A stretch of DNA of 32,357 nucleotides from Clostridiales bacterium. GTDB lineage: Bacteria; Bacillota; Clostridia; Saccharofermentanales; UBA5734. This document shows, in pieces, positions 12,824 to 22,316 of the stretch. The notes under the pieces were generated by a model that saw nothing but the letters and a program-made list of their open reading frames with translations, had not been told where the DNA came from and made no database searches. The position numbers and the translations under genes were made by a program. The DNA lies in contig DOFA01000171.1 of NCBI GenBank assembly GCA_003532195.1, forward strand, positions 1 to 32,357, given 5' to 3'. Within the stretch, counting starts at the first letter, position 1. The number at the start of each line of letters is the position of its first letter.

Positions 12824-14398
12824 ATGAGAAAAAAGCAACCAAGAAGCGCATCAGAATATAGAATCATTGTTGTTGATGATGAAATTGGCATTATTGATTC
12901 CCTGGCGGTTGTCCTGCAGCGAAGCGGCTATGATTTTACCGGCGAAACCAACCCGGTTCAGGCCATTGAGCGCATCCGTCACGAACATTTCGACCTGCTG
13001 ATCCTGGATTATCTGATGCAACCGCTGCATGGCGATGAAGTTGTTGCCCAGATCAGGAAATTCAACCAGGAGCTCTATATCTTGCTTCTGACCGGACACC
13101 GGGATCTCGCGCCGCCGCTGGAAACCATCCGTGCCCTGGATATCCAGGGTTACTGCGAGAAAAGCGACAAATTCGACCAGCTGATCCTGTTGGTCGAATC
13201 CGGGATCAAATCGATTTCTTTATTGAAAACGATTAAAAAATTTCAGGAAGGTCTGAACAAAATCCTCCAGGCGGTTCCTAAAATCTACCAGCTGCAGCCG
13301 CTGGGCAGCATTCTGGAAGATATCCTGTCCGAGATCATGCCTCTGGTTAACAGCGAGAATGCTTTTATTTTAGTCGATGATGTGACCGGCATCAACGCCG
13401 ACCGCAAAAGCATCTTTAAAGGCATTGGCAAATACCGGACCGAAATCGGCGAATTTGTGGAAATGCTCAGCCCGGAATTGATGGAACATATCGGATATTC
13501 GCGTATGAACAAGGAAATGGTCCGCTTCGAAGAGGGTGCGATCCTGCCTCTAAATAACGAGCTTTTACAGTGCATCGGGGTCATCTTCGTCGAAAGCCTC
13601 GACTTTGGCAGCGATCAGCTGGACCAAGGGATCAAGCTACTGGAGATTTATGCCAGCCAGGCAGCTTCATCTCTGAGCAATGCCTTTCTCCATTCCATGG
13701 TGAACATGAAGAATGAGGAATTGAATAAAACCTATGACCAGCTGCGCATCCGTTACATGGATACAATCGAAGCTTTGCGCCTGGTCGTCGACGCGAAAGA
13801 TATTTATACCCGAGGCCATTCCGACCGGGTTTCCTATTACGCCGTCAAGATCGGCAAAGCCCTCGACCTTCCGGAAAACGATCTGGAGCTGCTACGCATC
13901 AGCGGCGTCTTCCACGATGTCGGCAAGATTGGCACCGCAGACGATATCCTCTCCAAATCCGATCGCCTGAAGGCGGAAGAATTCGAAGAGATCAAGAAAC
14001 ACCCAATGAAGGGCGCCCAGATCCTGTCGGCGATTTCCATGTTCAAAGGGGTGGTGCCCATTGTCCAGTGCCACCATGAGCGCATCGATGGCAAAGGCTA
14101 CCCCCAGGGCCTTCTGGGTCCGCAGATCCCGCTGCTGTCGCGGATTATATCCGTGGTCGACGCTTTCGACGCCATGACCTCGGATCGCCAGTACCGGCCG
14201 CGCATGGATCTGGATACAGCCAGGAACCAGCTGCGCCTGGGCCGGGACACCCAGTTCGACGGCCGGATCGTCGATATTTTCCTGGCGATTCTGGATGACT
14301 ACAATCTCCTGCTCGGTGAAATGCGCCGACTGCATATCGGAGTCGATTGTTTCAACGAACCTATCCAGCGAACCGGATCAGCTGAAAGGATCATATAA
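12824..14398 (+). CDS. Response regulator with REC, GAF-like and HD-GYP (c-di-GMP phosphodiesterase) domains
   Basis: REC: IIVVDDE, DLLILDYLM (Asp codon 13007) and LLLTGH. The central region is GAF-like. HD-GYP: RGHSDRV, FHDVGKIG and HHERIDGKGYPQGL. GGGAG lies 6 nt upstream of ATG 12824, while the ORF opens at ATG 12788 with no SD. Confidence 0.9.
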   Translation: MRKKQPRSASEYRIIVVDDEIGIIDSLAVVLQRSGYDFTGETNPVQAIERIRHEHFDLLILDYLMQPLHGDEVVAQIRKFNQELYILLLTGHRDLAPPLETIRALDIQGYCEKSDKFDQLILLVESGIKSISLLKTIKKFQEGLNKILQAVPKIYQLQPLGSILEDILSEIMPLVNSENAFILVDDVTGINADRKSIFKGIGKYRTEIGEFVEMLSPELMEHIGYSRMNKEMVRFEEGAILPLNNELLQCIGVIFVESLDFGSDQLDQGIKLLEIYASQAASSLSNAFLHSMVNMKNEELNKTYDQLRIRYMDTIEALRLVVDAKDIYTRGHSDRVSYYAVKIGKALDLPENDLELLRISGVFHDVGKIGTADDILSKSDRLKAEEFEEIKKHPMKGAQILSAISMFKGVVPIVQCHHERIDGKGYPQGLLGPQIPLLSRIISVVDAFDAMTSDRQYRPRMDLDTARNQLRLGRDTQFDGRIVDIFLAILDDYNLLLGEMRRLHIGVDCFNEPIQRTGSAERII

Positions 14399-16123
14399 TC
14401 GATATAGATCATAATAGATGCCTTGCCTGGCCATCAGGGCGGCGTGGCTTCCTTGTTCTTCAATACCGTTTTGGGTCAGGACCAGGATTGTCTTGGCTTG
14501 ACGGATGGTCGTCAGGCGATGGGCAATGGTGAAGGTCGTCCGGCCGCTGGCCAGTCGTTCCAGCGACTGCTGTACCAGCCGCTCGCTTTCATTATCCAGC
14601 GAAGACGTCGCTTCATCCAGGATCAGGATCGGCGGATTTTTCAGAAAGACGCGGGCGATGCTCAGCCGCTGTTTCTGCCCGCCGGACAACTTGATTCCGC
14701 GCTCGCCGACATAAGTCTTGTAGCCCTGGGGCAGCTGACGGATAAAATCGTCCGCCCCGGCTTGTTCGGCAGCCCGGACGACCTCCTCGACGGAAGCGCC
14801 GGGACGCCCATATTCAATGTTCTCAAAGACCGAGCCGGAGAAGAGGTAGACATCCTGCTGAACGACGCCGATCTGCGAGCGCAGCGAGTGCAGGGCGATT
14901 TTCTTGATGTCCAGGCCGTCGAGCAGGATCTGTCCGCCGGTGACATCATAAAAACGCGGGATCAGGCTGCATAAAGTGCTCTTGCCGCTGCCCGAAGGCC
15001 CGACTAAGGCGATGTGGTCGCCGGGTGCCGCATGCAGCTCGATATCGGACAAAACCAGTGCGTCGCCTTCGCTATATTGGAAACTGACATGTTCAAACCG
15101 GATATCGCCGGAAACTTGGGTTAGTTCGGCCGCCTGATCATCATCTTTCAGGTCGACCGGTATATCCATCAGGTCGAGAAACCGTTCGATGCCGGTCATG
15201 CCGCGCTGGAACTGCTCGGTAAACTCAATGATGCGCCGGATGGATGTCAGCAAAGTTGAAATGTACAGCAGGTATGCCGTCAGGTCCGCCGCCGTGAGCT
15301 GGCCGCGGATCAGGAACAAGGCGCCGGCCACGACGACAACAATATACATCAATCCGTCAAAAGAGCGGATCGTTGTATGAAAACCGGCCATGGTGAAGTA
15401 ACTGCGCCTCTTAATATCCTGGAAAGCCAGATTGTCCTGGTCAAATTTCATTTGCTCGATTGATTCGTTGGCAAAGGACTTGACAACCCGGATCCCCAGC
15501 AAGCTGTCTTCAACCCGGGCATTCAGCTCGCCGACCTGCTGCCGGGCCTGACGGAACTGATCGCGCATGCGCCGGTTGAACAAGAAGGAGACCGCGAGCA
15601 TGACCGGCAGGATGGCGAAGATAATCAAGGTCATCCATATATTGATCGAAGCCAGGAAGGTAAAGGCAAAAACGATTTTGACAGCCGCAATGAAAAATTC
15701 TTCCGGGCAGTGGTGGGCAAATTCGGTGACTTCAAAGAGATCGTTCGTAATCCGGGACATGATCTGGCCGATTTTGGTGTTGTCATAAAAAGAAAAAGGC
15801 AATTGCTGCAGGTGGGCATACAAATCCCTCCGCATATGGGTTTCGATGCGGGCGCCCATGATGTGGCCGAGTGAAGCCATGTAGAAGGCGGCGACCGAAT
15901 CAAGCAGCCGCAGGCCCAAATACAGGAAACCCAGGCGCAGGACCAGGCTGACGGTCAGGCTGGCCAGATCGTTGCTGGCCAGAGTCATGATTTGCCGGAT
16001 GATCAAGGGTAAAACCAATTCGCAAGCCGTGGTCAGGCCGGCACAAATCAAGTCGATTAGCAAAATCCAGCGAAAATGGGCATAGTAGGGCAAAAACCGT
16101 TTAATGAGCGGGGTTGTTTTCAT
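14378..16123 (-). CDS. ABC transporter, fused permease/ATP-binding protein (MsbA-like exporter half-transporter)
   Basis: Six-TM N-terminal half, then Walker A GPSGSGKST, signature LSGGQKQR and Walker B ILILDEATS. Its 3' end overlaps the convergent HD-GYP gene by 21 nt. Confidence 0.9.
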   Translation of the reverse strand: MKTTPLIKRFLPYYAHFRWILLIDLICAGLTTACELVLPLIIRQIMTLASNDLASLTVSLVLRLGFLYLGLRLLDSVAAFYMASLGHIMGARIETHMRRDLYAHLQQLPFSFYDNTKIGQIMSRITNDLFEVTEFAHHCPEEFFIAAVKIVFAFTFLASINIWMTLIIFAILPVMLAVSFLFNRRMRDQFRQARQQVGELNARVEDSLLGIRVVKSFANESIEQMKFDQDNLAFQDIKRRSYFTMAGFHTTIRSFDGLMYIVVVVAGALFLIRGQLTAADLTAYLLYISTLLTSIRRIIEFTEQFQRGMTGIERFLDLMDIPVDLKDDDQAAELTQVSGDIRFEHVSFQYSEGDALVLSDIELHAAPGDHIALVGPSGSGKSTLCSLIPRFYDVTGGQILLDGLDIKKIALHSLRSQIGVVQQDVYLFSGSVFENIEYGRPGASVEEVVRAAEQAGADDFIRQLPQGYKTYVGERGIKLSGGQKQRLSIARVFLKNPPILILDEATSSLDNESERLVQQSLERLASGRTTFTIAHRLTTIRQAKTILVLTQNGIEEQGSHAALMARQGIYYDLYRLYDPFS

Positions 16124-16161
16124 GTCAACATCTCACTTTAGCGATTGCTGTGTTATCAGCA

Positions 16162-19100
16162 TCAATCTGGCTGCGCAAAACGAACCTTGACGGTGCGGAT
16201 CTCGTAGGGCAGGACGACCAGGTCGACGGCACTGGCAGGGCCGGCGCCGGCGGCAACCGGTTCCAGCTTGGACAGATCCTCTTCCAGCAGGCTGCATTCG
16301 CAAATCCGCCCGATCGGCCAGGCAAAAGTCAGCCGTACCGGCGTCCTGCGGTTGTAGCATTCATACAGGCGGATAATCCAATCAGAACTGTCCTCCGCTT
16401 GTTTGACCACTTCGACCACCACGTTCTCGCTATCGGTCCGCACCAGGGAAAAGGCCTCCGGACCGGGCCGGGCGCCGCCGATTGCCGGGACGCCTGACGC
16501 GGCGGGAGCCGAAGCGGACGCAGCTACCGCGATCAGCGGGTTGTTGAGAAGGTAAGCTGCCCTAACGGTTCCTGCCTGGCGCCAGCCGCCCTGATGCGGC
16601 AGAAGGGTCAGCGTAAACTCGTGCAGTTCCTTGTCGGCATCCGGATTAGGGTATAGCGCCGATTTAAGCAGCGACAGGCCAATGACACCGTCCCGGACGC
16701 TGCAGCCATATTTGCAGTCGTTCAGGACACTGCAGCCAAAATCGTCTTCCGAGAGGTCCAGCCATTTATGCATGCAAACCTCAAAACGGGCGAAATCCCA
16801 GGATGTATTGCTGTGCGTTGCACGCTGGACGTTACCGTATTGGATGTCGAAAGTCGCCTGGCTGCTATGGATATCAACCGGAAAGAGCGCTTTCAGGTGT
16901 ATCTGCTTTTCGTGCCAGTCAATCCGGTGGTGAATGTCAATCCGGGGTTCGCCGCGCCAGAGGGATATAGTCTGGACGATCTCCGAATCGAGATAGCGGC
17001 GCCGGATTTCCAGGCAGCCGCGGACAGGGCCCCGCTCGGTAACGGTAATTGACTGGACATCATCGATTTCCCAGGACTTCTCCAGGTAGTAATTATTTAG
17101 ATCCCAGGCGTCGTAATTGTGGGGCTTGTCTTCATAACTCATCAGCACGTTGGCTTTGCCGGAAGCAGGAAGCAGTTCCCGGCCGGCGCGCTTGTCAAAG
17201 ATGGATATGAATTGGCCGCAGGCGTTGAGCCGGATATCGAGGCAGGAATTAGCCAAATGATCGGGCGACAGAACCAGGTCGGTTGCCTCGGCCGGTTCCG
17301 AAGCTTCACACAGAAGGAAGCAGCGATAGCCTTTGGCCGGGATATCCGTGACCTGAGACAGCCAGCGTCCGTCGGCCAGCTGCTGGCAGCCACAGGTCAC
17401 TTCCGGATTTGCTGCGTCAGCCAACACGGGCTGCTTCAATTCAGCCGGGACTGTGAAAAAGACCGGACCGCTGCCGGTAAATCCGGTGGGATTGAAGATG
17501 GTCAGTTTGCCGGCGCCGACGCGGTCAGCCACCGCCTGCAAGGCCTGAGCGAGCAGATTGCCGCTGGCGGCCAGTGTTTGCTCATATTCGATTCGCGAAT
17601 CGTCATAAACTTCCTTGATCGAAGAACCGGGCAGGATATCATGGAACTGGTTGCGCAGCACGACTTCCCAGCCGGCGCAGATGGCGTCCATGGGATAATC
17701 GGCCTGATTGAACAGCTGATTCAGGGCGCAGGCCCACTCGGCATTCTGCCAGGCAAACTCGGCGCGGCGATTGTAGCGCTTGTTGCGGGCCATGGAGGTG
17801 TAGGTGCCGCGGTGATATTCCAGATAGAGTTCGCCATTCCAAACCGGCAAGTATTTGTTGTCACGTACCGAGCTTTCCAAATCGGTAAAGAATTGGGCGG
17901 CGGTCGACATCTGTGTGCGCGGGCAGCCGGGGATCCCCTGGGCCAGCCGGCGCTGGGTTTCCAGCATCTCGCGGGTCGGGCCGCCGCCGCCGTCGCCGAA
18001 ACCAAAAGAGGTCAGGACTTCGCTGTTTAAATGCTTTTGCTGGTAACGCTGCCAGCTGCCTTTAACCTGCGAAGGGGTCAGACTGCCGTTGTAGGTGGTG
18101 AAAAAACTGCTCCTTTTGCGCCCGGACGGATTTGCGCCCTGATAGTCGCTGGTGGGGATAAAATGAGTCAGGACCCGGCTGCCGTCGATGCCGATCCATT
18201 CAAACGTGTCATAAGGCATTTTATTGAATTCGTTCCAGCTGATTTTTGTGGTCATAAAATAGGACAAGCCGCTTTTCTGCATGATTTGCGGCAGGGCGGC
18301 TGAATAGCCGAAGACATCCGGCAGCCAGAGAATCCGGTTGTCGACGCCGAATTCCTGCCGGAAATAGCGCTTGCCGGTGAGAATCTGCCGCACCAGGGCT
18401 TCGCCGGAAGCGATGTTGCAATCGGCTTCCAGGAACATGGCCCCTTCGGCTTCCCAGCGGCCTTCCTTAATCCGCCGGCGGATTTTCTCAAAAATCTCCG
18501 GGGCATTTTTCTGGACATATTTGTAGAGCTGCGGCTGGCTCGACATAAAGATGAATTCCGGATAGGCGTTCATCAAGGCCAGCATCGTTGAAAAGGTACG
18601 GACTGCCTTGTCTTCGGTGACCGCCAGGGTCCAGAGCCAGGCGACGTCAATATGGGTGTGGCCGACGCAGCGGACGACAGGCGATGACTGGCCGCATAAC
18701 CGGTTATAAAAACCGGCAGTCAGCTTTTCCTGAGCCAAAGCCAGCGATTCATAATAGGCCGGCGAATGCTCCTGGCGCAGATCCAGCAGGTTGAGCGACT
18801 CGTTCAAAGCCAGGATGATGTCAATATACGCCTGATCCTGTTTGTCGAGCAGCTGGGCGATCCGGAACGGAACCAGCAGATCATAATAATATTTTTCAGT
18901 TAAGCGGTCGAGAACGCGCAGTTGGGCATGAAACAGCAAGCTGAAGTTCTGGTCGCCAGTAAACGCGGCTAAGGTCAGGCGGAAGCGGGAGCCGGCAACC
19001 GCCGGTTCAGCCAGGACAATGCTGCGGTGATTGACATCGAGTCCCTGGACCGGCTGGCCGTTCACATAGGCTAAAAACTGGGGGTTCGTTGCATCCCAGC

Positions 19101-19377
19101 CTGATTCCCGGCCGGTGGTCAATTCAAAAACCACGCAGCAGCCGGCCATGGATTCCGGCAAGGTGACCTCGGTATCGAACCAGAAATATACCCGGTGACC
19201 GCCCCAGATTTGGCCCGGATTCATGTCAGACCATCCGGAAGTGTCCAGACTGCCCGGATCGGCGAAACGCTCGCCGGTTTGCTTCATTTTAAAAGGCGCT
19301 ATAACCTGCGACCAGGGATAGATCATCCGCTCCAGGTCTTGAAGCAGGCGCCCGATACGTTCCTCAAGCATAATCAT
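16162..19377 (-). CDS. Glycoside hydrolase family 38 alpha-mannosidase (cytoplasmic)
   Basis: 1071-aa ORF with GH38 signatures GHTHIDVAWLW and WLPDVFGYS and no signal peptide. GGGAGG lies 8 nt upstream of ATG 19377. The gene ends 38 nt before the ABC gene on the same strand. Confidence 0.9.
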   Translation of the reverse strand: MIMLEERIGRLLQDLERMIYPWSQVIAPFKMKQTGERFADPGSLDTSGWSDMNPGQIWGGHRVYFWFDTEVTLPESMAGCCVVFELTTGRESGWDATNPQFLAYVNGQPVQGLDVNHRSIVLAEPAVAGSRFRLTLAAFTGDQNFSLLFHAQLRVLDRLTEKYYYDLLVPFRIAQLLDKQDQAYIDIILALNESLNLLDLRQEHSPAYYESLALAQEKLTAGFYNRLCGQSSPVVRCVGHTHIDVAWLWTLAVTEDKAVRTFSTMLALMNAYPEFIFMSSQPQLYKYVQKNAPEIFEKIRRRIKEGRWEAEGAMFLEADCNIASGEALVRQILTGKRYFRQEFGVDNRILWLPDVFGYSAALPQIMQKSGLSYFMTTKISWNEFNKMPYDTFEWIGIDGSRVLTHFIPTSDYQGANPSGRKRSSFFTTYNGSLTPSQVKGSWQRYQQKHLNSEVLTSFGFGDGGGGPTREMLETQRRLAQGIPGCPRTQMSTAAQFFTDLESSVRDNKYLPVWNGELYLEYHRGTYTSMARNKRYNRRAEFAWQNAEWACALNQLFNQADYPMDAICAGWEVVLRNQFHDILPGSSIKEVYDDSRIEYEQTLAASGNLLAQALQAVADRVGAGKLTIFNPTGFTGSGPVFFTVPAELKQPVLADAANPEVTCGCQQLADGRWLSQVTDIPAKGYRCFLLCEASEPAEATDLVLSPDHLANSCLDIRLNACGQFISIFDKRAGRELLPASGKANVLMSYEDKPHNYDAWDLNNYYLEKSWEIDDVQSITVTERGPVRGCLEIRRRYLDSEIVQTISLWRGEPRIDIHHRIDWHEKQIHLKALFPVDIHSSQATFDIQYGNVQRATHSNTSWDFARFEVCMHKWLDLSEDDFGCSVLNDCKYGCSVRDGVIGLSLLKSALYPNPDADKELHEFTLTLLPHQGGWRQAGTVRAAYLLNNPLIAVAASASAPAASGVPAIGGARPGPEAFSLVRTDSENVVVEVVKQAEDSSDWIIRLYECYNRRTPVRLTFAWPIGRICECSLLEEDLSKLEPVAAGAGPASAVDLVVLPYEIRTVKVRFAQPD

Positions 19378-19411
19378 GAAAATTTCCTCCCATGGCGTCT
19401 TGTACCGAGTT

Positions 19412-19443
19412 GCCAGCTTAAGTCAAATATAAGTCAAGCTGGC
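19412..19443. promoter_or_regulatory. Inverted repeat enclosing a direct repeat (candidate operator) in the GH38/DMT divergent region
   Basis: gccagctt-AAGTCAA-atat-AAGTCAA(gctggc). The 8-bp arms are gccagctt and aagctggc, with the heptamer AAGTCAA repeated 11 nt apart. It lies just downstream of the minus-strand -10 element. Confidence 0.3.
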
Positions 19444-19451
19444 TCATGAGT

Positions 19452-19481
19452 ATTATAGTTCGAATGATTCAAGCTTGACAA
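19452..19481 (-). promoter_or_regulatory. Candidate promoter for the GH38-ABC operon
   Basis: The minus strand reads -35 TTGTCA (19481-19476), an 18-nt spacer, and a perfect -10 TATAAT (19457-19452). The same bases read TTGACA on the plus strand (19475-19480). Confidence 0.4.
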
Positions 19482-19573
19482 TGGCTGCCGTGCCCTATTT
19501 TCAATTCTGGCGGAAAATGAGATAATGAGCCGGATTATATTGCCCGGGCGGCAGCAGCAGAAGCGAGTAATTT

Positions 19574-20464
19574 ATGAAATCTGAAAAAAACGCCAGCCAG
19601 ACCCTCGTCCGGGCCGAACGCCGGGCATCACTCAGCGGTCCGATTTTCATTGTTTTATCGGCCCTGTTCTGGAGCACATCAGGCGTGCTGATTAAGTACA
19701 TCCCCTGGCACCCGATGGCGATCGCCTCCGGGCGCAGTTTAATTGCCGCCCTGGTCATGGCTCTGTTTTTCGGCCGACGCGTCTGGCGCAAGCCGAATTT
19801 TATAACCTTGCTCTCCAGCCTGTGCATGGGTTTGACCCAGTCGCTCTATATAATTGCCAACAAACTGACAACCGCCGCTAATGCCATCATGCTGCAATAT
19901 GTCTCGCCGATCTTCATTATGATTATCGGCGCGATCTTCCTGCATGTCCGGCCGACCAAACGGGAAATTATTGTGTCAATCATCGCATTCAGCGGCATTT
20001 TCCTGTTCTTTTTCGACAACATGAGCGCCGGAAACCAGATCGGCAATGCGCTGGCGCTCTTTACCGGCCTGACTTTCGCCGTGGTCTTTGTGATCAACGG
20101 CCGGCCGGAATGCCATTCCGAATCAGCCCTGGTCATGGGGCAGCTCCTGACCATGCTGGCCGGGCTGCCGTTTCTGGTCCAGGTTGACAACGTAGTCCCG
20201 GTTCACGTCCTGGCGCTGGTTCTTCTTGGCACTTGCCAGCTTGCGCTCGGTTACATCCTGTTCAATCGGGGCATCCATCTGACTTCACCGCTCAACGCCA
20301 GCCTGATCTCCATGATCGAACCGATCATGAATCCGGTCTGGGTTCTGATTTTCATCGGCGAGAAACCGGGCCCGCTGGCGTTGCTGGGAGGCCTGACTGT
20401 TATTTCAGCGATATTGTTCCTGAATTTAGAGAAATTGAAACGCGGGCATTTCAAGAATCCTTGA
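19574..20464 (+). CDS. DMT-superfamily transporter (two EamA domains)
   Basis: 296-aa ORF with about ten hydrophobic helices and an EamA-like N-terminus, GPIFIVLSALFWSTSGVLIK. Confidence 0.85.
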   Translation: MKSEKNASQTLVRAERRASLSGPIFIVLSALFWSTSGVLIKYIPWHPMAIASGRSLIAALVMALFFGRRVWRKPNFITLLSSLCMGLTQSLYIIANKLTTAANAIMLQYVSPIFIMIIGAIFLHVRPTKREIIVSIIAFSGIFLFFFDNMSAGNQIGNALALFTGLTFAVVFVINGRPECHSESALVMGQLLTMLAGLPFLVQVDNVVPVHVLALVLLGTCQLALGYILFNRGIHLTSPLNASLISMIEPIMNPVWVLIFIGEKPGPLALLGGLTVISAILFLNLEKLKRGHFKNP

Positions 20465-20684
20465 AAAAGCTTTCGGTTAGGAAATAGAACAGGATTTTAC
20501 CGGCTTCGGTCGTATAACAGCCTTCTTCCTGATCATGGAATCTGCGCATGCCATAGTCCCCCTTTGAAGACCATACTCAATGGTCGAAGGCCCAGCCGGA
20601 ATGTTCCATTTTACAGATCAGTCAGCAGCTGAATATGATATGATATTGTTCAGTAAGATGATTGAATCAGGAAGGATGACAGGC

Positions 20685-22316
20685 ATGGTGATCGTCCTGG
20701 TTATTGATTCAATGAGCTGCACCAACAATGGCACCAGCATATCCTCCAAACGCTTTGCCGAAGCGCTGCGTCAGCATGGCCACACGGTCCGGGTGGTGAC
20801 GCTGGGCGAGCTGTCTGCCAGCGGCCCGGATCCGGAGACTGGCCTGGAAATGTTTTATGTGCCTGAGTTGATTGTGCCGATTGTCAGCGCGCTGGCCCAC
20901 AAACAAAAAGATGTCTGGGCCAGGCCGGTTCGCCAAACGCTGGAACAGGCCTTTGCCGGCGCCGATGTGGTTCATGTCTTTAATCCCTGGCCTTTGGAGA
21001 AAAAAGCTGCCCGTGTTGCCCGGCGCATGGGCATCCCGGTGTTGGGCGCATTCCACTGCCAGCCGGAAAACATTACCTACAATATTGGTTTGAGCCGTTT
21101 CCCTCTGGCTGCGCACCTGGTGTATGATCTGCTTGACCTGTTTTATTATCGTAAATTTAACCACATCCATTGCCCGTCCCGATTCATTGCGGATCAGCTG
21201 CGCCGGCACGGTTACAGGCAGCGGCTGCATATCATATCCAACGGCGTACATCCGGACTTCGGGCCGGCTGCGCCGAAAGAACCCCTGCTGAATAAACCGT
21301 TCCGGATCCTGATGGTCGGCCGGCTTTCCCCGGAAAAACGGCAGGACGTCCTGATCCGCGCAGTAGAATTGTCCAGCCATCGCGCCGACATCCAGCTTAT
21401 TTTTGCCGGCAAGGGGCCTTGTGAACAGAAACTGCGTCAAATGGGGCAGACGCTGTCGCATCCGCCTGTTTTCTGCTTTTTAAGCATGGGTGAATTGATC
21501 CGTCTGATGCAGAGCTGTGATCTCTATGTGCATTCATCTGACGTGGAGATTGAAGGCATAGCCTGTCTGGAGGCATTCACCTGCGGACTTGTGCCGGTCA
21601 TATCTGATAGCCGCATGAGCGCGACGGCCCAGTTCGCCCTGGCGCCGGAAAACCTTTTTAAGTCAGGCAGCCCGACCGCGCTGGCGGAACGCATGGATTA
21701 CTGGCTGGAAAATCCCGCCCGGCTGCAGCAAGCCAGCCAGGAATACATGCGCTTCAGCCGGAAGTATACCCTGGAGCACAGCATCACGAGCATTGAGTCC
21801 GTTTATGCTTCGCTGATTCATCAGCAGGATTTGCATCGCCCCGGCGGCTGGCTCTTCAACACCTGCTCGCGCTTGTTCTATACGGCGTTCGCTGTTCCCG
21901 TCCTGTACATCTGGATGCGGGCGGTCCTGGGCGCCAGGATCAGGGGCGCCGGCAACTATCGCCGCCTGCGGGGCGCCCTGACCGTCTGCAATCATGTCCA
22001 CGGCCTGGACAGTGTGCTGGTGGCGCTGTCGCTGTTTCCCCGCCAGGCTGTTTTCACTTCACTGCCTGCCAATATGAATTCCCTCTGGCCGGGTGCAGTC
22101 ATCCGTTTGCTGGGCGGCGTGGCTGTAACCGGCAAACCGCACGAATTGAAATCGTTTATGGATGAAATGAAATACCTGCTGGCCCGCGGCCGGGTGGTGC
22201 ATTTTTTCCCGGAAGGAGAACTGGAACCTTACAACCGGCGTCTGCGCGACTTCAAAACCGGCGCTTTTTATCTCGCTGCCCGGGCGCAGGTGCCGATCGT
22301 GCCCCTGTCGATTTAA
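20685..22316 (+). CDS. Fusion protein: GT4-family glycosyltransferase plus PlsC/LPLAT-family acyltransferase (C-terminus apparently truncated)
   Basis: The N-terminal half is GT-B/GT4-like: VLVIDS...GTSISSKRFAEALRQHGHTVRVVT and the E-x7-E block EIEGIACLEAFTCGLVPV. The C-terminal part carries the acyltransferase motif NHVHGLD (H-x4-D, 21993-22010) and FFPEGE. GGAAGG lies 9 nt upstream of ATG 20685, while the ORF opens at 20580. The gene ends at TAA 22314-22316. Confidence 0.8.
   Translation: MVIVLVIDSMSCTNNGTSISSKRFAEALRQHGHTVRVVTLGELSASGPDPETGLEMFYVPELIVPIVSALAHKQKDVWARPVRQTLEQAFAGADVVHVFNPWPLEKKAARVARRMGIPVLGAFHCQPENITYNIGLSRFPLAAHLVYDLLDLFYYRKFNHIHCPSRFIADQLRRHGYRQRLHIISNGVHPDFGPAAPKEPLLNKPFRILMVGRLSPEKRQDVLIRAVELSSHRADIQLIFAGKGPCEQKLRQMGQTLSHPPVFCFLSMGELIRLMQSCDLYVHSSDVEIEGIACLEAFTCGLVPVISDSRMSATAQFALAPENLFKSGSPTALAERMDYWLENPARLQQASQEYMRFSRKYTLEHSITSIESVYASLIHQQDLHRPGGWLFNTCSRLFYTAFAVPVLYIWMRAVLGARIRGAGNYRRLRGALTVCNHVHGLDSVLVALSLFPRQAVFTSLPANMNSLWPGAVIRLLGGVAVTGKPHELKSFMDEMKYLLARGRVVHFFPEGELEPYNRRLRDFKTGAFYLAARAQVPIVPLSI

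Noticed and set aside
17119-18030. 303-aa plus-strand ORF inside the GH38 gene
   Set aside because: It is an antisense shadow frame with no motifs. The GH38 frame carries the diagnostic signatures. The same applies to 16114-16497, 20709-21461, 25101-25964, 27183-27944, 28160-28750 and 29850-30623.
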